Positions 15,905-24,332 of a stretch of DNA of 32,000 nucleotides are shown piece after piece. The stretch is taken from positions 1 through 32,000 of the forward strand of contig JBAYVT010000001.1 in NCBI GenBank assembly GCA_041674405.1, given 5' to 3'. Within the stretch, counting starts at the first letter, position 1; every line of letters begins with the position of its first letter. The stretch comes from Patescibacteria group bacterium. GTDB lineage: Bacteria > Patescibacteriota > UBA1384 > XYA2-FULL-43-10. Under the pieces are notes generated by a model. The model worked only from the letters and a program-made list of their open reading frames with translations, made no database searches and was not told the DNA's origin. A program made the translations under genes and the position numbers.

Positions 15905-16690
15905 ATGATCCCGATGTACCTGAAGGATATTCCGATCGGTCCACATGTGGGTAAGGTGGTTGAAGAGTTCGATTCCGACACAGAGACACGCTACAGCATC
16001 CTGTCGGGCGTGTTCAACAACCAGGGATATATCCTCTCCCGCGAGGATGTAGAGGAAGAGTTCGGCAAGAACTCGTGCCTCCTTGACTTCATTTCACACG
16101 TTCATCTGCGCGAGCAGATGGCTGGATTAACCTTGTGGCTCAAGACTTTCGTCGCAGAAGTGAGAGGCGAAGGCGCTGCTCGTGTCATGTTTCCCGAATT
16201 TGAAGAGCACAACGCACGAATACACTTGTTGCGAAGCGAGTGGATTCGCCACGAGGCCATTCGGGAGGCTACCAACGACGCGCTGAAAGCCCTGGCGGAA
16301 TGCATGCGATGGTTCAACATTCAGATGGTGGCGGGATGGATCCAGCGCACCCTGACGGATGTGCTGGAACAGATGGAAATCTGCATGGATTTCGATGCAT
16401 TCGAAGTGCCGCGGCAGTGTTCGTTGCTCGACGATCTGGCGTATCGTATGGGCAGAAGCGAGATGCGGTCGTCATGCGCCCGCGCCTACAACAGCCTGGC
16501 TGTCGCCTGTGAGTCGAGCCCGATCTTCAAAGACGTGGTGCTTCTTCCTCCCGAAAAGATTGTTCGTCTCGGACAGTGGCGCATGGGGCTGATCCAAGAT
16601 CCGGGTCTTGTCCCAGAAGAGAAGCCCGAGGAGGACGAGGACGATTACGCCCTGAACGAATCCGGCATATTCGTGCCGAAGAAGAAGTGA
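15905..16690 (+). CDS. GC-rich orphan protein, cassette 4 (hypothetical)
   Basis: 261 aa from ATG at 15905 preceded by AGGAG SD; acidic C-terminus PEEKPEEDEDDYALNESGIFVPKKK; composition distinct from neighbours. Confidence 0.65.
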   Translation: MIPMYLKDIPIGPHVGKVVEEFDSDTETRYSILSGVFNNQGYILSREDVEEEFGKNSCLLDFISHVHLREQMAGLTLWLKTFVAEVRGEGAARVMFPEFEEHNARIHLLRSEWIRHEAIREATNDALKALAECMRWFNIQMVAGWIQRTLTDVLEQMEICMDFDAFEVPRQCSLLDDLAYRMGRSEMRSSCARAYNSLAVACESSPIFKDVVLLPPEKIVRLGQWRMGLIQDPGLVPEEKPEEDEDDYALNESGIFVPKKK

Positions 16691-16703
16691 TAGGAGGTGG
16701 AGA

Positions 16704-16736
16704 GCCGTGAGCGGACCTGTGTGGCCCGCTCTTGGC
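16704..16736 (+). terminator. Terminator-like hairpin of cassette 4
   Basis: GCCGTGAGCGG / CCGCTCTTGGC with a small internal irregularity, followed by GTTTTAAAA. Confidence 0.5.
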
Positions 16737-16745
16737 GTTTTAAAA

Positions 16746-17219
16746 CTAATTAATTATAACCCCGCCGATGAAGTTCTGTGAGAATACGACTTCATCCTTA
16801 TATTCAATATATTCGTTGTCTGCAAAGTCTTCGATATTTCCAGTAAGTGCGCTAAAGTATTCAAAATTGCCATCATGAAAATGCTGGGGCCCACGGAAAG
16901 GTGATTCCGGATCCATCGCAAGAAGAGCCGTTTTTAAAAATTCGATCGTCTTTTTCGTGAGTTCTTTGTCGCCGTGGTGATCAAAAGCCATGCCACCGGC
17001 GTATGCCATTGCCCAAACAGGCTTGCCTTCGAAATAAACGATCTCCTGCCCAGGGGCGAAATAGTGTCCTGTATATGAATCGTGAAACAGCCAATCCCCT
17101 TCTTTGTATTCAATCTCGTCAAAACCTTGGCGCTGCGGTGAGACTTCATTGCCATCACCAGCGTAGCCGTTTTTATTGGCTTCGTATAAAAATTTTTTTA
17201 ATTCATCTAAATTAATCAT
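16746..17219 (-). CDS. DUF5680-like protein
   Basis: 157 aa; pattern LKKFLYEANKNGYAGDG...FHDSYTGHYFAPGQEIVYFEGKPVWAMAYAGGM. Confidence 0.6.
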   Translation of the reverse strand: MINLDELKKFLYEANKNGYAGDGNEVSPQRQGFDEIEYKEGDWLFHDSYTGHYFAPGQEIVYFEGKPVWAMAYAGGMAFDHHGDKELTKKTIEFLKTALLAMDPESPFRGPQHFHDGNFEYFSALTGNIEDFADNEYIEYKDEVVFSQNFIGGVIIN

Positions 17220-17257
17220 GGCTGTTATTTGATCATTTATGTCGTCAAAAACTGAAC

Positions 17258-17279
17258 GATCGTCGAAATTTCGACGATC
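17258..17279. terminator. Perfect palindrome between DUF5680-like gene and 17283..17561
   Basis: gatcgtcgaaatttcgacgatc, T-runs on both sides; probable terminator. Confidence 0.5.
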
Positions 17280-17282
17280 AAT

Positions 17283-17561
17283 TTATTTTTTATTTTTTTC
17301 CCAAATAGATCTAAACCATGGCAAAGTTAGCGTCGAGAGCATAAATCCTACCGTCGGTACTATTGCATTTAGAAATGGCTGGTCAATTTTTATTGCTAAA
17401 AGATAAAGCGAAATTGCCAAGTAGGTAAAAACTGCGATAAGGATTCGCCTAGCCCAACTTGTTTCCCAGGCTTTATCGAGCTCTACACTTAAATTGCGAG
17501 ATTTGATCTTCACAATCTCGTCTTCAAGTTTTTGAACACGTTCATCTTTCATTAGTTTCAA
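17283..17561 (-). CDS. Small coiled-coil plus transmembrane protein (hypothetical)
   Basis: 92 aa; charged N-terminal helix and two hydrophobic segments. Confidence 0.55.
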   Translation of the reverse strand: MKLMKDERVQKLEDEIVKIKSRNLSVELDKAWETSWARRILIAVFTYLAISLYLLAIKIDQPFLNAIVPTVGFMLSTLTLPWFRSIWEKNKK

Positions 17562-17619
17562 TCTACATTATTTCTAGACTGATATCAATTCGATTGCCAT
17601 TTTATTAGGGATATGAGGA

Positions 17620-17820
17620 GCTAGTTGCGAGGCGCCCCTCCTACCCCTAAAACCCCACCACCCGCACGCTAAAATTTGAATGATTTTCTGGCCGAAGCTC
17701 TTCGGGTATTTCAGTACCCGCTTTCAGCCCTAGAAATCCTACTATTTGAAAAATAGCCGTGTTTAATCTGTGGGCTGTACGTCGGTGTGGTTGAGGGCTC
17801 TTGTATGGCCGAAGCAGACT
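17620..17820. ncRNA. Candidate structured intergenic RNA (unassigned)
   Basis: No long coding ORF; GGGTA/TACCC, CTATTT/AAATAG and AGCCC/GGGCT helices, an outer pairing of CCCTAAAACC.CACC with GGTG.GGTTGAGGG, and two copies of TGGCCGAAGC able to pair with one CTTCGG. Confidence 0.4.
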
Positions 17821-17853
17821 ATTATTATTTATTAATTTATCTATAATTAAAAT

Positions 17854-19578
17854 ATGAAAAAGTATTTATTGAGTTTTGTGTTTGCACTAATCGTTATTTT
17901 TCCGATCAAGGCGTTGGCTCGGGACAATGTTGACTATTGGTATATCAAGAATTTTGATAGCAATATTACTATCAACAAGGATTCATCTTTAAGTATTGAT
18001 GAAAAAATCACTGCTGATTGCGGAGATTGCGTGGGGAAACATGGAATATTTAGAATGTTGCCTACTGTTTATTCGCCTGAATTAAATAAGACAAACAATC
18101 TGCATATCGAGCTTATTAGCATTACTAATTTTCAAGGACAACCATACAAATATCAAACCACTAATGATTACCGAGATCACACCATTACTTGGAAAATTGG
18201 TGATCCTAACACAACGGTATCTGGAATTAACGAATACGAGATTAAATATAAAGTATTGAATGGGATCAGAAGTGGAAATTCCGATTTTGACGAATTCTAT
18301 TGGAATCTCAACGGTAATTTTTGGGATCTACAGACTGATAAATTTACCGCTTATATTAAATTTCCTGATGGTGCGAATAAGGGCAATACTACGACCAATT
18401 TATATAGTGGCAAATATGGCATGAGCACAAATAACACTGCTTCGATGTCATGGATCGATAATCAGAATTTAATGGTCGAAAGTCCAAATGATAGGATACT
18501 GGTCGAAAAGGAAGGAATTACTCTGTCAGCAACATTTCCGAAAAACATCATTGTGCCCTACAAGCCAACGTTTCTTGACCTTTACGGTGTGTATTTATAT
18601 CTGCTAATTCCTCTTTTGGTGCTAATGTTATGCATATTATTTTGGTCGAAATTTGGCAAGGACCCGAAGATTAATCCAACAGTAGTTCCGGAATTTGAAA
18701 TACCGGAAAAAATGTCGCCAATGTCACTCGGGATGGTTGAAGCAGATGGCCAATTAAAAAGCCAATTCATCTCAGCTACGATTATTAATTTAGCGGTAAA
18801 AGGTGCTCTAAAGATAGAAGAGATTCCCAAAAAAGGAATATTTGGCCATGTGGATTATAAAATGATTAAGCTCGAAAAACCGAAAGATGCACTCACGGAC
18901 GATGAAGCCGAACTTCTATCCGACATATTTAATAGCGAAGATACAAAACTTCTTTCGGACATGAAAAATAAATTTTATGTAAATATTCCCGGCCTTACTT
19001 CAAGGGTTCAAGATAATTTGGTCGCAAAAAAATATCTATGGAAGAGTAGCCGCGCAATGCAGGGCGCTTTTATCAGTATCGCGGCAGTACTTACTGGTTT
19101 GGGTATTGGTTTTGGATATTTGGGATGGATGGTAATAATCTCTGGAATATTATCAGGAATAATATTATTTATTTTTTCATTCTTGATGCGAAGGCGAACA
19201 ATCGAGGGGGCAAAATTCAATCTTCGTGTAAAAGGGCTTCGAATGTATATGGAGACAGCCGAAAAATATCGAGCGAAGTTTAATGAGAAAGAAAATATCT
19301 TCGAAAAATTTTTACCCTACGCCATCATGTTTGGCATAACTACGCTCTGGATTGAGAAAATGAAGGCGATTTATGGAGAGAAATATATTACCAGCTACAT
19401 GCCGATTTGGTATGCAGGATCTATCAGCCATTTTGATCCCGATACTTTCAACCAGACTATTTCGAACATGTCATCAAATATGGCATCAACTATTAATTCT
19501 TCACCTTCGAGCTCCGGCTCGGGCGGCGGCGGTTTTTCTGGTGGCGGAGGCGGAGGCGGCGGAGGCGGAGGTTGGTAG
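17854..19578 (+). CDS. DUF2207-type predicted membrane protein
   Basis: 574 aa; signal peptide, IDEKITADCGDC..., late TM helices, C-terminal Gly-rich tail SGSGGGGFSGGGGGGGGGGGW typical of the family. Confidence 0.85.
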   Translation: MKKYLLSFVFALIVIFPIKALARDNVDYWYIKNFDSNITINKDSSLSIDEKITADCGDCVGKHGIFRMLPTVYSPELNKTNNLHIELISITNFQGQPYKYQTTNDYRDHTITWKIGDPNTTVSGINEYEIKYKVLNGIRSGNSDFDEFYWNLNGNFWDLQTDKFTAYIKFPDGANKGNTTTNLYSGKYGMSTNNTASMSWIDNQNLMVESPNDRILVEKEGITLSATFPKNIIVPYKPTFLDLYGVYLYLLIPLLVLMLCILFWSKFGKDPKINPTVVPEFEIPEKMSPMSLGMVEADGQLKSQFISATIINLAVKGALKIEEIPKKGIFGHVDYKMIKLEKPKDALTDDEAELLSDIFNSEDTKLLSDMKNKFYVNIPGLTSRVQDNLVAKKYLWKSSRAMQGAFISIAAVLTGLGIGFGYLGWMVIISGILSGIILFIFSFLMRRRTIEGAKFNLRVKGLRMYMETAEKYRAKFNEKENIFEKFLPYAIMFGITTLWIEKMKAIYGEKYITSYMPIWYAGSISHFDPDTFNQTISNMSSNMASTINSSPSSSGSGGGGFSGGGGGGGGGGGW

Positions 19579-19651
19579 GCCAAATACTTCGCCTAAATCC
19601 TAATTTCTAATTACTAATTTCTAAACATAATCGGAAATTGTTCATTCAATC

Positions 19652-19688
19652 ATATACAAAAAATGCCCCTTGGGCATTTTTTGTATAT
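19652..19688. terminator. Bidirectional terminator between convergent genes
   Basis: atacaaaaaatgccc-ctt-gggcattttttgtat, at least 15-bp arms. Confidence 0.88.
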
Positions 19689-19698
19689 TTAGCGTTGA

Positions 19699-19953
19699 TT
19701 ATGCGGCAAATAATTTGGTTCCTTCTTTGACCTTTTTGCTAACCTTCATTCCAACTTCGTCGCCTTTTTTTACCTCAGCTACATCCTCGTGGTCTTTCTG
19801 CATCGATTCCACTTTTTGGGTAAAGTCGGCACCATGGCCCATAAAATGAACTTCATCGCCATCTTTACAGCTTACCGAAAACTTTATCACCGCCACCCCG
19901 ATGTGGTCAAAATAGTGCGTTACTTCTCCGATCTCCTTTTCATCATTCGCCAT
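19699..19953 (-). CDS. Small translation-factor-like beta-barrel protein (hypothetical)
   Basis: 84 aa; IGEVTHYFDHIGVAVIKFS...GDEVHFMG...VEVKKGDEVGMKV-type pattern resembling EF-Tu domain 2-like folds. Confidence 0.55.
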   Translation of the reverse strand: MANDEKEIGEVTHYFDHIGVAVIKFSVSCKDGDEVHFMGHGADFTQKVESMQKDHEDVAEVKKGDEVGMKVSKKVKEGTKLFAA

Positions 19954-20055
19954 ATGACTCCTTAGGTTAGAGACTAAGAATACATAAATATTATAGCATT
20001 GTTGTCAAACAAATCACTGTGCAAGTGAATATATCAATTATATTTTATTGCAGAG

Positions 20056-20084
20056 TTGACTACTATACAGAAATGTGTTAGAAC
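20056..20084 (+). promoter_or_regulatory. Predicted promoter of cassette 5
   Basis: TTGACT-ACTATACAGAAATGTGT-TAGAAC, N17, TGT before -10. Confidence 0.45.
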
Positions 20085-20125
20085 TGATCAGTGATTGTTA
20101 TCTACACGGAGGGGGTTTTGCTTCG

Positions 20126-20551
20126 ATGGCTGAGACGTACTTGTTTCGTGGCCGTCCGCATTGCCGGATTTCTGGTCTGGGTGTAGCGCACCTTAAGGCA
20201 AATGCCGGCAATACACTGGCGTACGTAAGGCTGGGCATCGTCCTCGAAGACGGACTGACGCAGGAGGGCGTCAGTGCTACAGGGCGGTACTACGACGGTG
20301 AAGGGAAAACAAGGGAACGCGGTCATGCAGACAATGCTAGCGTCATTACAGTTCTCGCGATGCTAAATGACACCTGCAGGAATCTCAGCCGCGAAGCGAA
20401 TGTCAAACATGCCCATTTCAACTTCGACGGTAAGGAAGTTGAGGTCGGCATTGAGTTCCATGCGCGCAGAAATGTCGGTCAGGCATTTTTGTCCAGCGTA
20501 GCGGATCTCTTCGAGGAGTCGTTTGCTGCCGTCAGTGCGGCGGTAGCCTAG
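20126..20551 (+). CDS. GC-rich orphan protein, cassette 5 (hypothetical)
   Basis: 141 aa from ATG at 20126 (MAETYLFRGRPHCRISG...) after GGAGGGGG; GC-rich relative to neighbours. Confidence 0.6.
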   Translation: MAETYLFRGRPHCRISGLGVAHLKANAGNTLAYVRLGIVLEDGLTQEGVSATGRYYDGEGKTRERGHADNASVITVLAMLNDTCRNLSREANVKHAHFNFDGKEVEVGIEFHARRNVGQAFLSSVADLFEESFAAVSAAVA

Positions 20552-20570
20552 ACGTGTGTGGGGGGAGAAT

Positions 20571-20598
20571 CAGGCGAGTGCTTTCGGGCGCTCGTCTG
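20571..20598 (+). terminator. Terminator-like hairpin of cassette 5
   Basis: CAGGCGAGTGC-tttcgg-GCGCTCGTCTG (11 bp with two G-U) followed by TTGGTTTTAAG. Confidence 0.6.
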
Positions 20599-20714
20599 TT
20601 GGTTTTAAGATATTATTTTGTAAACTAAAATTATGATCTCTTGCAAGGAGATTATAGAAATATATAAAAAAATGATTTCGGATGCGCCAGTGCCTGTCGG
20701 GGCAAGACGCATAT

Positions 20715-21077
20715 TCAGCTCTCCTGGTCGAGCTCGAGGTTCTCGACCAGGGCCTGGAAGAGCATATCTCCAGGTGTCTGGGGACCCACATCTTTGCTGG
20801 TTTCGTAGAAGAAGCTATTGCCATCTTCCAGGGAAAGCTCCAGGTCAAGAACTCGTCGAAATTCCCCGTCACCATCGAGGTCAAGAATCTCGTACAAAGT
20901 GGTGATGAGGTCGGAGAGCTCTGATATATCGCAGAGCCGCTCCGGCATGACGAAACGCGAAGCCTGGAGTTGTGCCCGAATCTTGCTGACGAGCGACCGA
21001 TTACACCATGGCGACTCCTTAATGAACTCGTCAATGGCCATGTTGATCTTCACAGAGAGCGGTCTCTCTGGGATCAT
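20715..21077 (-). CDS. GC-rich orphan protein, cassette 6 (hypothetical)
   Basis: 120 aa; MIPERPLSVKINMAIDEFIKESPW...; SD GGGAGGTG upstream. Confidence 0.6.
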   Translation of the reverse strand: MIPERPLSVKINMAIDEFIKESPWCNRSLVSKIRAQLQASRFVMPERLCDISELSDLITTLYEILDLDGDGEFRRVLDLELSLEDGNSFFYETSKDVGPQTPGDMLFQALVENLELDQES

Positions 21078-21120
21078 ACCTCAACACCTCCCTCATTTCA
21101 GGCTAGTACGACAAAAGTAG

Positions 21121-21149
21121 TATATAACAAAATATCAATTAATAGTACA
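21121..21149 (-). promoter_or_regulatory. Possible promoter of cassette 6 (weak -35)
   Basis: Minus strand TGTACT-N17-TATATA with TGT before the -10. Confidence 0.35.
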
Positions 21150-21154
21150 GGTGA

Positions 21155-21994
21155 TTATTTTATCCTCTCCACTAGAACTTTGAGAGCGATTTTTGGCAGG
21201 GCCATTTGGCGTTTTATGCGTTTTGGGCTACGAATTAAGCGATAAAGCCACTCGATGCCAATTTTACTCATCCAGCGCGGTGCCCTTTTTTGAACACCGG
21301 CGATAAAATCAAACGTACCGCCCACGCCAACACCAACTTTGCATCCGGTTTTAGCTAAATTTTTTGCAAGCCATTTTTCTTGCCTTGGAGAGACAAATCC
21401 GACTAAAAGTATATCAGCAGAAGACTTTTTGACCACTTCAATTATTTTTTTCTCGTCAGCGATGGAATCTGTGCTTGAATACACTCCAGCAACCTTCAGA
21501 TCATTGATATCTGTTTGCAGCTTAAGAGAGGCTTTCTCAACGACATTTGGATCAAGCCCCTTAGAATATCCTAGAAGGAATATTCGGTAATTGTTTTGCG
21601 CTGATATTTTGGCAATGTCCCAGATAAAATCTGATCCTGCAATTGTACCCGGGATAAAATTTCTATAAATAGCGATACTGATTGGAAAAAATAAGTACGC
21701 CAAAAACCACTGAAAAAATACGTAAATTTGTTTTATGACAGGGGTTTTTGGCCGCCATGCATTTACCAATCCGTAGTTTAATATAATACCCGCTCCATCA
21801 ACTGAATTAATTTTAGTTTTTGTATTTAGAACTTGCTTAAAATCCGGATCATGAAGCGCATTCCATACAAATTCCAAATTCACAGTTGCAATAATGCTTG
21901 TTTGTTTGGAATTTTCGACAAGAGATACAAATTTTTCCCTAGCCTCGTCTTGGCTCAAGGGATCAAGTTTAATGCCAAATAAATTAATTTTCAT
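21155..21994 (-). CDS. WecG/TagA/CpsF family glycosyltransferase
   Basis: 279 aa; INSVDGAGI, LLGYSKGLDPN, ILLVGFVSPRQEKWLAKN, GVGVGGTFDFIAGVQKRAPRWMSKIGIEWLYRL. Confidence 0.95.
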   Translation of the reverse strand: MKINLFGIKLDPLSQDEAREKFVSLVENSKQTSIIATVNLEFVWNALHDPDFKQVLNTKTKINSVDGAGIILNYGLVNAWRPKTPVIKQIYVFFQWFLAYLFFPISIAIYRNFIPGTIAGSDFIWDIAKISAQNNYRIFLLGYSKGLDPNVVEKASLKLQTDINDLKVAGVYSSTDSIADEKKIIEVVKKSSADILLVGFVSPRQEKWLAKNLAKTGCKVGVGVGGTFDFIAGVQKRAPRWMSKIGIEWLYRLIRSPKRIKRQMALPKIALKVLVERIK

Positions 21995-23142
21995 ATTTTT
22001 TCCATCATTTTTTGATGTTTTTCATATTCTGCAAAAATTGTTTTCTCAAAATCAGAAGCAAATTTCTCTGTAGAAAAATTTTTAGCTTGTTCCTGGCATG
22101 CGTCCGGTGAAATTTTTTCATAAATCAATTCAAGCCTATTTATGGCATCATTCAACGAATCTGCTGTTGGTTCATCGAAAAATACCCCTGTTTTACCATC
22201 AATCACAGATTCGGTTACCCCGCCTCTTCTATACGCTACGACGGGCCTCCCGGCAGCCATTGATTCAACAGGGGTAAGCCCAAAGTCTTCTTCACCCGGA
22301 AAAACAAAAGCTTTGGCCCTGGCATAGAGTTGTGCAATTGTCTGGTCGCTTTGCCAACCAAGAAGAGAAATGTTATTTTTTGCCGTTGATTTTAGCCTGT
22401 CGAAATCAGAACCTTCGCCAACGATAAATAATTTTTTGCCGTTTTTGTTGAAAGCCTCAATTGCCAAATCGATCTTTTTATATGGCGAAAGCCTTGATAC
22501 TATCAGATAAAAATTTTCAGGCTTCTTGCCGGTGGGCTGTATATTTTTAATGTTTGCCGGAGAGTAGACGACATTTGCGCTGGCGCGATAGTACTTCCGG
22601 ATTCTTAATTCCACAGTCTTAGAAATCGCAATCCAGCTATCTACCCTTTCTGCAGCGCTTTTATCCCAAACTCGAATTTTACTAAGCATGTTTCTGATTA
22701 TAATCCCGACCAAACCAAAGCCTATACTATTTTCGGCAAGATACTCATGGTGCCAGTCCCACACATACCGCATTGGAGAATAACAATAGGATATGTGCAA
22801 GGTGTTTGGCCGAGTAATAACGCCATGAGCAAATGAATTTGAACTTGAAATTACAATGTCATAATCCGATAAATCAAAATCTTCGATTGCTTGAGGAAAT
22901 TTTGTAAGAAGAAGTTTTTGTCTGTTCCGGATAAATTTTGGTAGTTTTTGAAGCCGGGATGTAATTATTTTGAAGCCCTTACCGGAAAATATTCGCTTGG
23001 TTCCCTTTTCATCATAAAGTAGCGTATAAATCGGTGCATTTGGAAAAACTTTGTGCATTTCGAGGAGGACTCTCTCAGCACCACCGATTTTGATTAAATA
23101 ATCATGCACGATTGCAATTTTGATGTCGTTTTTATTTGCCAT
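21991..23142 (-). CDS. Glycosyltransferase family 4 (group 1) protein
   Basis: 383 aa; GGAERVLLEMHKVFP, SRLSPYKKIDLAIEAFN, PGEEDFGLTPVESMAAGRPVVAYRRGG; overlaps next gene by 4 nt. Confidence 0.94.
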   Translation of the reverse strand: MANKNDIKIAIVHDYLIKIGGAERVLLEMHKVFPNAPIYTLLYDEKGTKRIFSGKGFKIITSRLQKLPKFIRNRQKLLLTKFPQAIEDFDLSDYDIVISSSNSFAHGVITRPNTLHISYCYSPMRYVWDWHHEYLAENSIGFGLVGIIIRNMLSKIRVWDKSAAERVDSWIAISKTVELRIRKYYRASANVVYSPANIKNIQPTGKKPENFYLIVSRLSPYKKIDLAIEAFNKNGKKLFIVGEGSDFDRLKSTAKNNISLLGWQSDQTIAQLYARAKAFVFPGEEDFGLTPVESMAAGRPVVAYRRGGVTESVIDGKTGVFFDEPTADSLNDAINRLELIYEKISPDACQEQAKNFSTEKFASDFEKTIFAEYEKHQKMMEKI

Positions 23143-24223
23143 TGTATGTTAGATTAATTATTTTTAATGTTTCTTGTGCGGTTCTTTCCCAGCTAAATTC
23201 TTTTAATCTCTCGGAACCCTTTTGGACCAACTTTTGCCCAAGTTTTTTATCACTGATCAGCTTGTAAATAGCATCAGCAATTTCGTTTTGTTTATGCGGG
23301 TTGAAAAAGACTGCTGCATCACCTGCTGCTTCAGGAATCGAAGATGCATTTGAACATGCAATTGGCGTTTGTGCCGCAAATGATTCAAGTATGGGAATAC
23401 CAAAACCTTCATATAAAGAAGGATAAACAAATACATCAGCGTTTATATATAATCCGGGCAAATCTTTCTCTTGAATAAAACCAGGAATGATAACATCTTT
23501 TGAAAGATTGCCTAGTGCACGAATTTCGCGGTCAATTTCCCCAAAACGAAATCCTCTTTTTCCTGCAATTACCAATTTGTGCGTAATTTCCGGGTGATCT
23601 TTTCTCAAAATTCCATAGGCGGCAACAAGATTTCTAGTATTTTTGCGTTCCTCCAGCCTGCCTACGGACAAAATATAGCTTTGTTTGGTTGGCCTATAAT
23701 TAGAACTTTGTTTAAATTGATTTTTATCGTATCCGAGGTGGATGACCCCCATAATTTGATTATATTTTGGGTAGAAATGCTTAAAATCATTCATAGTCTG
23801 TTGGCTGATAAATATAATTGCATTGGCTTTTGCTGCTGCCCTGCCAAGAGATAATTTTTGTAAAAAACGATCTTTTTGAGAATATGCTTTAGGAAAAAAT
23901 TTTGATCCGAAGTCGTGAATGACGGGAATCATTTTCACTCCATTTACAAGTGGTAACATGTATCCTGGAGAAATAAAAACGTCTGGGTTGGTAGCTTGTA
24001 TCAGCCGCGGCAATTTTAAATTATGCCAAAAACGTGCTTGAGAAGAAATTATAAACTTGGCATTTTTAAATTTTTGCGGAAATTGAATCGGGGCATCACT
24101 ATATAAAATGTAATTATTCTTTTTGTCCAAAATAAGTAAATGATAGATAAGCTCAAAAGCGAAGTTTTCAACTCCTGTTTTTTTCTCTTTCGCTGCTTGT
24201 GATGCATCAATTCCGATCAGCAT
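23132..24223 (-). CDS. Glycosyltransferase family 4 (group 1) protein
   Basis: 363 aa; VGRLEERKNTRNLVAAYG, VYPSLYEGFGIPILESFAAQTPIACSNASSIPE. Confidence 0.94.
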   Translation of the reverse strand: MLIGIDASQAAKEKKTGVENFAFELIYHLLILDKKNNYILYSDAPIQFPQKFKNAKFIISSQARFWHNLKLPRLIQATNPDVFISPGYMLPLVNGVKMIPVIHDFGSKFFPKAYSQKDRFLQKLSLGRAAAKANAIIFISQQTMNDFKHFYPKYNQIMGVIHLGYDKNQFKQSSNYRPTKQSYILSVGRLEERKNTRNLVAAYGILRKDHPEITHKLVIAGKRGFRFGEIDREIRALGNLSKDVIIPGFIQEKDLPGLYINADVFVYPSLYEGFGIPILESFAAQTPIACSNASSIPEAAGDAAVFFNPHKQNEIADAIYKLISDKKLGQKLVQKGSERLKEFSWERTAQETLKIINLTYNGK

Positions 24224-24246
24224 TGCACTCCTCAGATGAAATTACC

Positions 24247-24330
24247 TCACAGAATGATCACACAGAAAGGCACAGAACAAACTGACAACTATGATGCATT
24301 TCTGTGTAAATCTGTGAAAAAATTCTGTGA
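24247..24330. repeat. Cluster of CACAGA/TCTGTG hexamers between mreB and glycosyltransferase genes
   Basis: CACAGA at 24248, 24261, 24271 and inverted TCTGTG at 24301, 24311, 24324. Confidence 0.75.
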
Positions 24331-24332
24331 TG

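Noticed and set aside
17620-17820. Identity as 4.5S SRP RNA, tmRNA, RNase P RNA or 6S RNA
   Set aside because: None of the diagnostic conserved segments (for example the SRP GGAAG/AAGCAG loops, tmRNA T-arm, RNase P GAGGAAAGTCC) were seen, so I left it unassigned.
19510-19578. GGC/GGA repeat tract as a separate microsatellite element
   Set aside because: It encodes the Gly-rich C-terminus expected for DUF2207 proteins, so it is explained by the CDS.
19609-19626. CTAATTTCTAATTACTAATTTCTAA low-complexity repeat
   Set aside because: Short AT-rich simple repeat after the DUF2207 stop; too weak for a functional claim.
6085-21150. Integrated prophage or conjugative element carrying the GC-rich genes
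   Set aside because: No integrase, transposase, structural phage or relaxase genes are present, and the GC-rich genes are scattered singly between core genes.
24247-24330. CRISPR-like array
   Set aside because: Units are only 6-9 nt, orientation flips midway and spacers are too short; not a CRISPR array.
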